DNA of 64,000 nt from Ascidiella aspersa (lineage: Eukaryota): assembly GCA_963924565.1 (NCBI GenBank), contig OZ004613.1, positions 20,956,001 through 21,020,000 on the forward strand, written 5' to 3'. The translations under genes were made by a program, and so were the position numbers. Below, piece by piece: positions 10,317-25,136 of this stretch. The notes below the pieces were generated by a model. That model saw only the letters and a list, made by a program, of their open reading frames with translations, was not told where the DNA came from and made no database searches. The stretch's first letter is position 1, and the number at the start of each line of letters is the position of its first letter.

Positions 10317-13300
10317 ATGAATTGTTTTCGTGTTGTAGTTTTTGTTCTTGCTGTTGCAGTAGTACAGACACAAGGTACGTAATAGTGTAAAAACGAAAAA
10401 CGAAGTAATACCAGTCCAACGTGTGTTTGGTTTAGGAACATGATAACACAATACTTGTTACCTTTTCTTTTCTTTTTTTTATATTTTGTTATCATCCAAA
10501 AGTTCCCCAGGAACTGTGGTAAAATAAACATTATAGTTTCAGCCCTGGCAAGTTAGAAACTTATAATTAGGTTTTATAATTGTACTATACTCTTAGTGAA
10601 CAGCGTTGAAAATAATTGGATTTTTCCAAGTATGATGCATTCTTATGTAGAGCATAGACTTTCCTTCTCATTGAGTTGTATGTGTTCATCATGTGGTAAA
10701 TGTTTGCATCACCTAACAAGACAACCGTAGTATATAAAAACATATCGTTTTAGATAAATTCTACATTTTGGGTAACCTATAATCAAAATAGGATTATATA
10801 GAAAGAGATTCGAGACAAAACTTTCTATTTTCGGTAGGCCTATAAACGGAGAAATTTGTCAATGAAATCTATATGAGTATAGTTAAACAACGCTCGGTTA
10901 TTCATAGCTCTAAAATGTTGGAAATGTCAGTCGGCAAGTATCACGCAATGCAAGTCTGAAGGGTCGTGGGAGCTTTGTGCACGAAACGAGGTTTGTAATT
11001 TACATGTTGAAACAATTGATCGTTTGACAGTATGACTGGTAGCCTTTAATATAGGGTTACCAACTATTTTGGCTTAAAATCAGGACGTTTCCAATCAGTC
11101 ACCAAATCCATCATTTTTGTGGTTGTTTAAGTATGACGTTAGCAAATACGTCATAGCGTGTTTAGAGCAAACAATATCTGGACCAATTACTCGCTAAAGT
11201 GACGTTATACATACGTTCATGTTTAACGCAAGGAATAAAACGCAAATCAGGTATCGCTTTTCAACAAGTTAAGACAGACCAAATACAACAAACCTATATT
11301 GGTGTAACGTATTGAAAATGTTGTCTTACTAAAAACCCGACATTTTGGTTGAATATGGACGGAAAAAAGTCCTCAAAATCGGGACTGTAAAATCGAGACG
11401 TATATGGTAAGTCAACTGTAATATGAACATTTTTATTTGTGTGCAAACACGGAATATGGCAAGCCCGACGAACGATTTTTTTTTATATCTGTCAGGTTTA
11501 AACGATGAACAAAACTTCAAGTAACAATATAAAGTTGGATTGTAATTAGTAGTGAAAGTATTTTTGTGTGTTTTGTTATGTACGTGAGTTATCATATTGT
11601 GTAATTTGAGCATCTTAACATTGAACAATGAACTTACTTAATTAAATCGCGTGTATTTTAATTAATTATTTATCGAAATTTAACAAAACAAACTCGCATT
11701 ATTTACTCGAATACATACAATCATGTGCGTTAGTTGTTACCAAGGAAACGAATGTTGTATAAAGCTAATTTATTTAATGCGAGTGGAATGCCTGTGGCAT
11801 CAATCATTATGCTCTTAAATTAAGAAACTTTAAACTTAAAAGGTTTGCTATTTTGCAGCAAAGCTGTCATACTGAGGTGCGCACCCGACGGTCGAGATTG
11901 GAAAGTATTTCAACGGGATGTAAACAAACCCAAGCCTGTGTTAACGATGCATCACAGGTTCGTAGATTATAGTTAGGAAATACATCACTTTTCTGTCATA
12001 AAAAACATCAACGTGCTGCTGCGCAAGCGCACGTCAAACTCGGCACTTGATTAGACGAGTATTCTTACTAAAGCACATAATCTGACTCAAATAGAACAAA
12101 GTTGTCAGCAACATGAATTAACCAGTCTAAAAAGGTATATAGTTTGCATCACCGAAAGTTCGAATATTGTTTTATGTATGACCCGAAGTTCTTATTATTA
12201 CATTTGCAAACCGATTAAAATGCCCACGCTCACTCCCTATTGCTTTATATTACTTAGACAGGCATGTTTTTCATGAGACACAAAACAACAAAATCGCATT
12301 TTCGAGCGACATAAAAGTTTTGTGCAATTTTAGAAAACATTAAGGTAAAATAATAATAAACTTGTATCTCACAACCAAACGAAGTTTTAACTACAAAATA
12401 TAACTTTTGGATGATGTTCCTTGATATCATTATGCCTATTTCTTTCTCTTCGTTTTCAGCCTGGATGCATCCCTGGTGGGCAGACTTCAGTTTGCAGGTG
12501 TTGCTGTTCAAGAGACCGTTGTAACCAGCAGCTAAAACCAGTTTGCAAAGGAACGACGCCACGACATAATCCCATGCCAAGTATAATATAAATCCAGCCT
12601 CTGCATTTGATAGTTACGGCTAACGTACCATTATAGTCTAAATGCATAAAAGTGCCTGGTTCGTTAAACCGGCTTTCTTTTGATATAGCGTATTATAAAA
12701 ATGTAATGTTTGTATTTAAGTACATTTTATTTCCAGCGCGGAGGCTGTGTCATCGTCACAGCCCAAGGTGCTGGAATTATGTTCATCTTATACGAAGGCC
12801 GCTCATTTTTGAATGTTTTAGCAACGGCCAGCCTGTGTCGAATCGTGAAATGAACAGATGTGACACTTCGTGCCATTTTAGCTGTGATGAAGGTATGCTA
12901 ATACGGTTTTTAACTTCAGTTATGACATTTTACATTTTCTAACAACGTTTTAAGTTTTTACATTTTGTACTTTTAAAACTTTCTACGAATGGTGTGACGC
13001 AAATAGGCATTGCTATTTTATTATCATGAAATACAAATTTTTCGTTATTTTTAAACGTAAGACTAAAAAGTACTTGCTAGAATAAAAAGTAAACTTTATT
13101 CAGGTCACTTTTCCTGTTTATAGACCCATTTTTAATTGTTTAATTTACATTTTATTATAAAAATATATAGGTTACAAACTTGTTGGGTATGACGAACTCA
13201 GATGTCGATTTAGCGAACGATCAAACAAGTTCAGATGGTCTCACAGCATTCCAAGATGTGAACGTGAGTATAGTGTACCACTGTGCGCATTATCCGTTAT

Positions 13301-16300
13301 TTAATAAAACAATGACGGTTTCAGTAAACGCTTGATGTTTTCATTTACAAAGCTTTTGGGATAATTTTTATCATCCATTACAATGTGAAATATGGTCCTG
13401 CCAGTATGGTTCTCAACCGCGGCTCTGAGAGTGGCTTTTAATGATCTTTATGGCGGCTTAAAGTTAAATTCGACATATCAACCATTACCTTTGGTAAAAT
13501 ACTTGATTATCTGCTATGCTTAAATCAATAATCTATTTCCCTTAAAAATTAACTTAAAAGCTTGTTGGTAAAAAGTCAACAATTCTGTTACACATTTTGA
13601 GTTCGCATGACGTAGTTAATAAAACGCTCCAATAAATATAACATAAAACCATGACATCACAACACATCTATAAACGGCAATGCTTTCGTGTTTGATCGAA
13701 ATGAACTAAGGAGCACATACCAAGGGGCTGATCCAGGGGGACACCAGGCCAAGCCCGCTAAACTATATATATTTTTTAATTTCGTAGCGCTTTGCGCCAA
13801 TTGTTTTCTGTCGTTAATGTTTTTGTCGGTTTTAGGGACTTCTATTTAATTCAGCCCAAACCGCCATGCAAGGTAAACATGTCCTGCAGGGCGCAGGCTG
13901 CAGTAATAATTCACAAACTCTACTAAGTGCAGTTTTTGTTTAACTATATTACTCAATAAATGCCATTATATCCCTCAAAATGCGAGTCTCTTTTATGTGG
14001 CTCATGCATCACGTATCCTTTATATTGAAAGTTTTGCTAATGTTTTGCGCACGAGTTTATTTGAGAATAGCAAGTGTTTTTAGGACTAATTGTTTAATAA
14101 TGTTATTATGTAACTGACGTCGTCCCTTAAAAGTTGCATGACCATCTCCAAACGAAATCCTTGTTCCAACCCTGCATATAACACATGTCACGATGTCAAA
14201 ATACCTTTTGAAGAATGGTCGCCTACTTCAGGAAGAAAATAGTACGTTTCAGAGTAAATGGCAAGGGAAAGTTTTTAAAATTGAAAAGAACAAATAACCC
14301 ATCGCCTTATTTGTGTTAAATTTCGATCACGATATTTCTCTGCACTCTTTTAAAAAAGGTCTGCTTAAATTTTTTGCTCGGAACGCTGACAAAGGTTGAG
14401 AACCACTGGCCCGACCAGGAGCGGCCTCCACCCACTTCAAACGCCCCCCCCCCCAAACCAGTAAAGCGTTTTTTTGTGACGTCATTTATGAAAAAAAACA
14501 TATGTCCCATAACAAAAATCTTAGGTTCGCGCCTGGTCCTGACTGACATGCTTTACATTCATTGTTCTTACTGTTGAACTTGTGGATAATAGATGATCTT
14601 TTTGTCAATAGATGACCTTTTTTACGTTTTGCGTATTTCATGTCCTTCTTCGGTATGCAACACCGCTTCAAAAGGCATAATGTTTATGATAAATCACATA
14701 CCTTGAAAAAAAGAGTAAAATAGTTCGATCCCCAATATGTCTATCTTTACAGCGAACACTTGCGACCCGTCGATGATACATGTTCATCCACCACTTGAAT
14801 GCACAGATTCCAATCTTGTTGGCAGCGAATGTCTAAAATTGTGTCCTAGCGGATATCATCCTAATCACGGCAATCCAATTCGATGTGGTAAGGGTAAACT
14901 GGTTTTGATATGAGAAAGATGTTCACAAGACAAATGTATTTAAATCACAAAACAACAAAAATATTTTAACGGTTTGTTTTTATATTCGGTATAGAATTAC
15001 GATGCGTTGATATGGATTAGATTCTAATATTCTAATCATTGGAAGATCTTATACCGTTTGCGAGAAGCTGTATTTTTCTTTAGAATTGTCAGTTTAGTTT
15101 AGTAGTCAAGCCTATTCTTATTTTGGTATCACCACACTGCCTTTAACTGTACGATTTTAATTTCTCATAATTTGTGCTTTAACACAAAATATATTTAGAA
15201 TAATGGCATACAAACGTACACCCAACAACATAAATACTATTCTAACATAAATTTACATAAACTCTCACCTGAACATGTCAATAGAATACCTAAGAACAAA
15301 GGAAAGTAGGGGGGGGCGCAAAACTTTCAAAATGTGCTTTATAGGCGCTGGAGGGCATTGGATTGGTGAGGTTCCACAATGTGTTGCGAATGATTGTCCG
15401 CCTCAAACTCAACCGGAACACGGTGATGTTTCTTGCAGCGACGCCAACAACGAACACAGCAACTGCACGTAAGTCGAAATTCAACTGTATAGTGCAATGC
15501 CAAAATAATTTACAGAACTTTTCAGTCTATTCTAGTTTACTAAATATTATCACCAAAATATATTGGTTTTAAAGCAGATCAGGTCATCTATAATTACGTC
15601 AGTTGTGAAGGTAAGCCAAAACGGTCTGTCTATAATTGCCATGGGTTCCAGTAAAAACATTTTTCGTCGTTCCTGTAAGAAAATTATTCTACTTTCAACC
15701 CTGAATTTCGCTTTAGGTTTTCTTGCGATCACGGGTACCAATTGGTTGGTTCCAAATATCTGCGATGCTTACGACAACAAGGCCAAGGACCCGAAGCTTT
15801 TCCGCGAAACGACAAGATAACCATCGTTGAACCCCGTGTCACAACTCCAAGATGGATTCCATCTACTCCACCAGTGTGCAAAAGTATTACCTTCATGCAA
15901 TTAAAATAACACAGTACCTGTGGTTGAGACAATGCGAAAAAATACATGTTTTTTAAAGCTATTTAAATCTCAAGCACACAAATGAGCACAAAATTCAGGA
16001 TTATAATGCTACAATGCAGTTACAAACAAGTAGGGCTGCGTAGTCGGTTAAAATAAACCGAGTTCAAATCCGCCATAAAAAGTAAAGTCGAGTCCGACTC
16101 CCGAGTCCCGGGTCCGATTCCGGCCAAATGTGCGATCTTGTCGAGTCCGACTCTACATCCTGTATTGTACCCATTAACGTAACGTAGTTAAGGTACAGCC
16201 ATTTACTTATAGGGGTGTCATATAATTTATCCACCCACAATACAGGGTTAAAAAATATTCTATTCCACCTTTACAATTTATATGTTGCGGCAATATCAGT

Positions 16301-19300
16301 TTCAAAAATGCGTACTGCGCTTGCGCACGTCGCGTAGTTATACTCGAGTCCCGAGTCCGACTCCAGCAAAACAAACCGACTCCGTAGAAGCCCAAATGCG
16401 ACTTCGGCTCCGCAGCCCTGGTTAGAAGTGCTGACCGCGATAAGCTTATATAGGTATCGTAAGAAATATGGTATATAAGCTCTTGCAAAATTTTAAAGAT
16501 TCCCATATGTATTGACAAACAATATAAAACAAATTAACGTTTCGTTTTTCTTTATGTTTCCAAAGGCGATTGTTGTTCATAACCAGCTTAAAATTGATTC
16601 TTGTTTCTTAATAGAAATATATTTGGCCAAGGCGGGAGATGGCTTTACCAGTACTTTGATCTTAAACAATTGTGTTGCTCATATAGTTATCGAATGGGCC
16701 TCATGGGGTCCATGGTCTCCCGGATGCTCTGTGACGTGCGGTAAAGGCGAAAGTACAAGAAAGAGATTGTGCGTCGTGGGTCAGAAAGGCGCTAGTGGTT
16801 GCAAAGGATCCGATACAGAGAGGAGAGCGTGCGATCGTGGACTTTGCATAGGTAAGTTGAATTTTTGGCTTGGCTTGGCCAAATTTCGGCTTACTCTGCG
16901 ATATCTTAGATTCCCATGGAAAACCTTTTATGTTAATCAAATGCACCGCAAACTCTGTCTATCTCTTGGGTTTGAGCAAAAACTTTACCTATTGATATAA
17001 CTAGTGAATTTTTTTATTTTATTTTCATTTAGTCGTGTTTATATAAACTGTTCCTATACCTGATTTCAGGCGGGACAGTCCCGTTTAAAATAGGTCTTTG
17101 TCCCGTCGTCCCGATTATAGTAACTAAAATGTCCCGCGTTTTGAACAGCCAACATTTTACGGATATAAGTTTATTGTGATAGGTCCGTTTTGCCAACAAT
17201 ATAAATATAATTGTTACGTCACTATAGCGTGCAATTGGTCCAGTGCCTGGGTTGATTGCTTGTGCATTAAGTATAGTACAGTATTAATATGCTAGTATAG
17301 GAGGTGTTGTGTCCCGACCATAAGAATCCCACATAATATTATACTACCTGTGAAATAATAGATAATTGTACTGTACATATTGTTTCTTTATACATCTTAT
17401 TTTGTGTTTTCAAAGTAGTTTAATACTAGGAGTGTAAATTGTACGACAAATTAAGAAGTCAAAACAAAATAGCGAGAAAATTTAGCCCTATTTATTTTAT
17501 TTTTTCAGTGTAAATTTACCAAGATAATCGAGACACAGGTTGTCTGTATGAACAACGTGCCGAAACAATATAATAATGAATGCAAAATTTCACGCGCGAA
17601 TTGTTTGACTTCTCAATTCGCCGTAATCAATCGATGTAGGCCTACTTTTAATCTTGTTTTTAATTGCACATTCGCACTGAATTTGACAGGCAACAAAATG
17701 CCCTCTTTAAGTTGCATTGTGACGTCACGCTAGACGTATTTCCGTTACGTAAAACTTACAAGACCATAAAAAATTCTATATCTAGTGACTGTTTGGAAGC
17801 CCATTTTAAGGCCAAAAATTTAGTATCCCTTCCCACTTCTCGTACAATATGCACTACAAAGATGTGTTTGATTCAGCCATGCATATCAAAATAATCGGTG
17901 ATTGGAATAAAACAATGCCACAAAAACTGCTAATCGTTTACTTTAAGTATTTGATATTTTTACGCTTTATAAACGGGGTCGCAGTGATACATTCAGCACA
18001 GTACCAGACCTACAGTATAGTGTACAAAGAAATCAGATCATACTTCTCTTAACTTAAAAATCTACATAGTATTTCTAACATATATTACAAGTAGATAAAT
18101 AAGGTATACTATGTGACGCATAAATTTAGAATGGACGCCTTGGAGTAAGTGGAGCTCTTGCTCAGCGTCATGTGCTGGGGGAACCCAATTCAGAAATAGA
18201 GAGTGTTTAAATGGCAATCCTGGTGACAGCGGATGCCCATTACCCGATGAAGAAAATGAAAGATGCAATTCGGACGTTTGTCCAGGTAAACTAGTCATGC
18301 TGTAGGTGAGATATTACCAGTGCTGTAGTCACTGAAATTAGTAGTATCGATAAACTTAAGGATAAGTCTTGTGCACAAATGACTGATTTAAGATGATTGA
18401 TTACCAGTGCTGTAGTGCTGTAAATGACTTGACCTAATTTATAGTAAATATCCTCATCTTTTTGTTGAATTATGATAATATAATCTCCAATTTCTGTACA
18501 ATACATGTTAAATAAAAAGCCTATAACCCATATTTAATGAAGTTTTGTGTGGTGACTTACAAATCAATTGGATCTATGTCTGTTAAAAAGATTTGTTAAT
18601 AACACTGTTATTAATTCATGCTTTTTTGCCAAGATGCCATGCTAGAATATACTAATTTAAAAAATTAAAACGATTAGTTTACTTCTGATTAAATACCTCC
18701 TGTTAAACCCGTATAGTGTGCAAGGAACTTCCACCAATAGCAAACGGTCGATACGCGTGCACCGACGGTCAACACGTTGGAAGCGAATGCTCTTTCGGTT
18801 GCAATTTGGGCTACTCTCTGAACCGGGGTCAGCCAAACAGCACAGTTTGCGAAGTACGCGATGGGATGGCGAATTGGAACAACAAACTCCCGACATGCGT
18901 CGCTGGTATGAGATATAGGCTACACATAAGGTTTACTCGTTTTTTCAGTACTCCTATATACATGTTGGAGAAACCACGTTTTAAACAACGAATGGAGATG
19001 AGTTTTAAGGGCAAATTTATAACAATTTTATAATTGGCTTATGTCGCAAGATTCTGTAATTGGTATGATGTTTTTGTCTCTTTATTCAGGTAATACCACA
19101 CTTACATTTTGTGCTTATATTAGCTCTTGAATATATTAAAATTTTTAATTGGTACTATAGATTTTGAAACACATTGTAGCGTATTATAATTATGCTTTCT
19201 CATAGCATAACAAAAGGCGTCTTATACAAACTTTTTAAACGTACTAAATTTTATCCAATTAAATCCAACAGAGATTGCGCCATGCAAGCCGGAAGTATTG

Positions 19301-22300
19301 TCGGACGTTGTTTTCGTTCTGGACTCATCGGCATCAGTCAACCTCGAAAGTCAGTTCAAAGCAGTTTCAAATTGGGAGAGGATTCTTGACTTTGTCAACA
19401 ACGTTATCGGGTTTCTATGAAAAGCTTATACTAGCGCTTTCCCATCCCCAACTTAATTAGTTATACGGACAAATCAACATAATTGTCGCTGCCATTGCTC
19501 GAATAAGCCAAAAATAAAACTATTTTGTCTTTTTTTGCTTCTTTTTTTATTCTTTTGCTTTAAAGTGTTTATGACAAAAGCCTAAATAGTTGCTTATTAT
19601 TATACGTTTAAGAAAATATGTAAACTTTTTCCCAGTTTTTTAATAAAATTATTGGTCTAATAAATTTCCTAAATCGGTCCCTTGAAGTTTAACTGCATTT
19701 GAAATTAAAAAGCAGCAAAAAAATACTAAAAAAAATGGTATCGTAATATGTCATAAAATCGCAGCGCATTTAAAATGCGAAACGACGCTACTCGAATAGC
19801 GGTGATCACATTTGGCGACAGCAACCCGGCATTGAGCGGACAACACATTTTCTTCACTCAATACGCCAACGACAAGTCGGCATTACAGGCGGCAGTTCTT
19901 CGACTTCGATACCTCGACACAGACTGTAAGATATTCCACGATAACTACATGGCAGCTATCAGTGCATTTATAGCAGATATACTAAAACTTTCAGGCTTAG
20001 CGGTCTGTGATAGTAGGGGAGTATTATTAAAGTGTATGTTCCTGTGATGACAAGATATATTTTTATCTTACAGAGAAGAATTTAGAGTCGTGTTGTCAAT
20101 TAACTAGCGAGAATTGTTTTTGACGTATATAATTTTATTCGTTAGAAGATTCGAAGATCTTCTGTAAATATGCAAATAAACATACCCTGATCAAAGTATG
20201 TGTTTAAGTTTAGGTCATGTAGTTTACGAACTATAAAAAATTTTTAAAAATGTGTAACAGAATCATTTTTCATATGACTATTATACGGACACCGACAGTG
20301 CGCATGTGATTCACTTAGCAAAGAGAAATAGTAGTAATGAATTTTGCATTTTTAAAACGTAGGCCTATTAGCTTTTACCAATCTAGTTTAAAGTCTCCTC
20401 CGTGAATAGTTAATTTGAAACATATAGGAATAACATAGCCATTCTTCAAGGGCTTCAAGACTGATTACCGCGTTTGCGTACAATGTGGAAATCGACGGCA
20501 AAACATACAATATAATAAAAGTTTATTTTAGCTACAAATACAGGAGCAGCATTGCAATATGCCGATAATGTACTATTATCTGCTGCTAATGGAGACAGGC
20601 CTGACGTGCCCAACAGTTTGGTTGTGATTACGGACGGTAATTCGACGGACGATGTACTTCAACCTAGCAATGCTTTGAGGAGCAGAGGTGTAAAGGTATG
20701 TGTCGAAATTTGTTACTTTTATCATTTTTATTCCTTTCGTCCGGCCCGCGATGGGATTTTGAGTGGCCCTTTGTAAAATATCAAGCATAGAACGAGACTC
20801 CCAAATGCTAAACTTTGTAAGCGTTTGAGGATATCAGTAAGCGACAGAAAGCCCCAATTCGATGCTATTGTAAGACCTGAAGTCTAAAACAGAGGTCGGC
20901 AACCCACGGCCCGCGGGCCGGATGCGCCCCGCTTCGCGCGAATGATCTTACTGCGTCCAAATTGTTCACGTTTTGATTTTGCTGGAAGAGCAACTCTCCG
21001 TTATATATATATTTTTTAATTTTTTATTTTCGGTAATGTAATAAAACTTGCAACAAATTTAAAAGAAATGCCGGTATACGTAAAAATCGCGTTCGCTTCG
21101 CTCGCCACGTGCGCACTGACTTAAAAAGGTTAACAAACACTAAACAAGGTTAACTATTAAAGTTATCGCGTTTCTTTAAAGTAGTTTTATTACACTTTTA
21201 ATTGGGAGTATGAATGACGACGTTTGTGCTCGAATTTTAAACCAAACAAACGCCCTTTTTCGCGCTTTACGCCAACGCTTTACTGCCTCCTTAAATGTAA
21301 TTAAACACGCTTTACGTGAAAAAAAAAAGATCCGAGGTCCGCCTGATTAAAAGTTGTTCTAACATTTTAATAACACAATTCTCAGTTAAATTTTTGTGCT
21401 TTCTGAGTTTGGTGTTGGCCCACGACTAGAAAAAGGTTGCCGACCCCTGGTCTAAACCAACTCATCCTTTTTCTCACTGAAATCTTGGTGCTGTAGCACA
21501 CTTCACTTTTGACTCTTCCAAAGTTATCAATATGTAGTAGGGTACATTTACATAAATAAAGCACCATAAAATTAAAGCGTGTCTAATATGTTTACTATTC
21601 GCATTTGGTGGATCATCATGTTGTTAGGTATGACTGTGGTGGATCATGGCAGAAATCATTTGAACACCCCTGATATAGACTATGGCAGTCCAATTAATAT
21701 ATCGATCAGGAATCCGGCCCGCCTAGTACTTCATTTCCCATATCAGGCCCGCCGACTGGAGAAGTTGCCCGCCCCTGGATGCAACCATACCACAGTAATG
21801 CGCTATTTGCCATTTGTTTTTGAATTTGCCGGTTTATTTCTGCGTTGCATATAGCTTATAATATTTTCACACATAGAAAATATTGTTTGACATGAACCTG
21901 GCTTGTTGTTACAGATTCTAGGTGTTGGCGTTGGGGCAAATGTTGTCAAACAGCAAATGATCGACATTGCTCGGCCAACTGAACCGGTTTTACTTTCGGA
22001 CGGATTTGCGGCGCTCGACCGTCTACTTGCGGCCGAAGTTGTGCGAGACTTATGTTCAACAAGTAAGGTTTATCTTCCATTTCAGGTATTTCTAGTTTGG
22101 AAATAGCTAAAATGTATTTTGGGGTAGGTATACAATTTCGAAATCTTTCAAACTATAGTATATCAGGGGTTCTTAACCTTTTTTGTATGTTTTACCCTTT
22201 TAACAAAAATGAATGTCAGATTTACCCTCAACATATCATATTTAAATAGTGCTCATTTATTAAAAATTTCATCAGTTATATTTAATGCGGCGGCTTTCCT

Positions 22301-23426
22301 TACTTTGGCAACGAGTTGTTTTATGCCTTAATTGTAAAGTAGTAGATAATACAAAACGAATATCAGATTCAACATGCTTTAGATTTGACAGTAAGCAATG
22401 CAGAGATTCGTATCAATTCGCATAGAAAAACGGAACCAGAATATTTAAACTAAACTTAATACACGCTGCTCGCAGATACGTTACCTAAATCTATGCCGTG
22501 AATGCCGAAAAGCTGATTATTTCAAGCAGCAAATGACGTAACAATGATGTAACTAAGAGATATAAGGATGTTACCAATAAACTAAAAAAATTATCAATTA
22601 GCGAAGCATAACGTTACCGATACTAGACAATAAAGAATCACTAGGCTACGACTACGGAGCTAGCTTTGAATTAGTAGTTAATTTGAACTAGGAAAGTAGG
22701 CTTCCTACCATACCTACAGCTGGCACAATTTTCTGTCCTGCCAACTGATGCGGATATTTTGATTGATAGCTCATTTACCTCCTTAAACGACGAAATTAAC
22801 CCCAGGTTAAGAAAGGCTGGTATAGATAGATACGTCCTACACTAAGTATTAAGGTGCGTCTAGATTTAAACAATTTCACCGACGGTTGTTGTTTGCTAAC
22901 GAATGACAGCACCGAAATCAGAAAGACGCTTCTTTCGATTTTTTTTTAGATGACATATATATATATATATATATAGGTTTATTGTATTTGAACATATTAC
23001 AGAGTTTGAAACAGTCGTCGGCACACCCACAAAATATACCTGAAACGACAACAGATGGGCTAATATACAAAGCCAAGGACCTTTTTTTATGAATAAAAAG
23101 TAACAAATAAACGTGTGACACTCCTTATCTTTTAGTAGTATTCTCCTGGCGTCGGTGTGTTGTTAACCTTACATTGTCTACTCCGCCCTTATTTTGCCTA
23201 TACTATGTTTATATGTTTCTCGTTTGCAGGCGTCACTTGCGAGACCCTGATTCCGTCCGACCACGGGACCATGACTTGTTCCAACGGGAACCTAGAAAAC
23301 AGCGTGTGCACATTCGACTGCCAGCCGGAATATAGGCGCATAAACGGCCCTTCGGTAACGTGCCGCAACCAACGCGAGCAGTACGGGGTCTGGAGCGGTC
23401 CCATTCCCATCTGTGTGTTGGTATGA
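10317..23426 (+). CDS. Secreted multidomain protein: signal peptide, Ly6/uPAR-like Cys-rich domain, 5 sushi/CCP, 2 TSP1, 1 vWA; 17 exons, ~784 aa
   Basis: Exons 10317-10374, 10908-10990, 11859-11957, 12460-12580, 12737-12892, 13171-13263, 14753-14887, 15345-15468, 15717-15883, 16687-16851, 18130-18285, 18717-18905, 19272-19410, 19765-19925, 20532-20695, 21915-22062, 23230-23426 (2355 nt, phase-consistent). Motifs: signal peptide MNCFRVVVFVLAVAVVQTQA; LKCWKC...CRCCCSRDRCN; sushi CxFxCxxGYxLxG...W...PxC; TSP1 WASWGPWSPGCSVTCG and WTPWSKWSSCSASCAGG; vWA with MIDAS DVVFVLDSSAS...TNTGAAL...VVITDG. The end at 23426 could instead be a phase-0 splice donor. Confidence 0.85.
16031..16420. mobile_element. 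Non-autonomous DNA transposon with CCGACTC/GAGTC subterminal repeats
   Basis: Ends tagggctgcgtagtcgg / tcggctccgcagccctg; multiple gagtccgactc motifs inside. Confidence 0.65.
20890..21449. mobile_element. hAT-type MITE (family A, inverted relative to 8053-8802)
   Basis: TIRs cagaggtcggcaacc / ggttgccgacccctg; TSD gtctaaaa / gtctaaac. Confidence 0.9.
22164..22819. mobile_element. hAT-type MITE
   Basis: TIRs caggggttcttaacct / aggttaagaaaggctg; subterminal tttacccc motifs; TSD is weak. Confidence 0.65.
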
Positions 23427-24851
23427 AGACTTAATTTCACAGGGCGTCTAATTACGCCATAAACGCGTCAAAAGTCGCAAGTTTGTTCACGTACTTAGCT
23501 TTTATCCACGACAAATAAAATTGCATTGCGTGTCACAACATTCTCATTGCATGTAGCATAATATATAACGGCCTTCAACATCGGTTTTCCTTATCATCTA
23601 TATCGTAGTAAATTGTAGTGAAATCACATCCTTATATATCGTTTTAGAAACTGATCGTTTTCCATTGGGTTTCGCACTTGATTACGATAATTATTGTCGT
23701 GCTTTGGTCGAGATTGTATTTTTTGGCCATTTGAAACAATGAAATGTCCCAAGCTAAAAGGTTGTTTTTTAATTTATTATTGCTTAACCCCAAGAAGTAA
23801 CGAAGTTTTGTCGTTGCAAGAATCTTATGCCATTGTATTGCAAACCAGGTGTATATCAGCTTAAAATGTCTGATAGTTAAGTTTTGTTCTTTAGAGTATA
23901 TTCGATTAAACTTTCGCCCTTTGAAAAGAGAAAATTCTGCATATAGCCTAAAACCGGTTTAAATTAAAATCGAATTTAGGACGACTGCCCAAAAGCAAAA
24001 GCGTTTTACCTTTCGGGCGCTGGCTTTTCAGTTTCAACTTTGGTTTAACAAAACAAAAATATATAATTATATATGTATGAGCTTACGGGTTTTTTAATGA
24101 AATAAAATAGTTAAGAGCATGCATTCTTTCGAAATAACGAATTTCGCTGGAGGTAAAAAACAAAATAAGAATTAAAAATAATTTTTAAAAATTTACTTAT
24201 TTTTCGAAAAGACAAAACATATTTACGAGGGATAAGTAAATAAGCAGGCCAGACGTGCTGAAAAAAGCATTCGAAAATTTGTAAAATACCGTAAATTATA
24301 TTGTTTCGGTCCATAATAGACCATATATTTAGCTCAACATCATCTCGTTCGTAAAGCTTTTTCTGCCTCTTTAAGTCACTAACTTCATCATGCTTGTCTC
24401 TGGGACATGTTTAAAAAGGTTTTCTTTACAACAATTTTTGAAAGTTTTAGGGTCTCATAAATTATATCTATCCTTAGATCATGTATTTAGTGCTGTTCTG
24501 GCAAACTTACACTGCATTCTGACACACGCAACCGAGTTTGTTCAAAAATAGTGTAATTGGCAAAAGTGAAAAGAACAAGTTTGAAAACACGTCAGCCGGT
24601 GGTAGGAAGGAGTCACAGCGAATAAAAAACTGCGATCTAAGCAAAAACGCGAAATAGCAAATAACACTGTCTAACAGTGCGGACGAAAAACGAAGAAATA
24701 CAGAATATAAATGGAGTAAAAACGTTGGAAAAATATTTTCATGCTACAGTGGAAAAGACAAAATTTACCAAAACTTCTATTAAAATCCCTGCAAACACTA
24801 TCAACTATAGAAAAACTTTTGTCTTCCAATTTTTGAGTGGTTTTATTAAAG

Positions 24852-25136
24852 CAGTGTTTCTAAAACTTACCCAAATACTAAGAAGCATAAAAGGCGTAGC
24901 TTTTCCAACCAAATTGTATTATTTGAACTTTTGTAAGAGAATATGCTGAAGACGTCAATACTTAGGATTGAGAATTTTACTTATATGAACCATGTCTTCC
25001 CATTTTAGTCACAGTTTTGTACAATTTTAAACCAATCCGACAAACCTATATCCATGTGAACTACTGCAGTTGGCGACCCAATCAAACCAAACGGCGACCC
25101 AAATTTTGGTCGCCATCCATATGTTGAGAAACACTG
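24852..25136. mobile_element. hAT-type MITE
   Basis: TIRs cagtgtttctaaaac / gttgagaaacactg; subterminal ggcgaccc repeats; no clear TSD. Confidence 0.55.

Noticed and set aside
18313-18417. Repeated attaccagtgctgtagt as a CRISPR-like array
   Set aside because: There are only two copies, in a eukaryotic intron; this is a simple local duplication.
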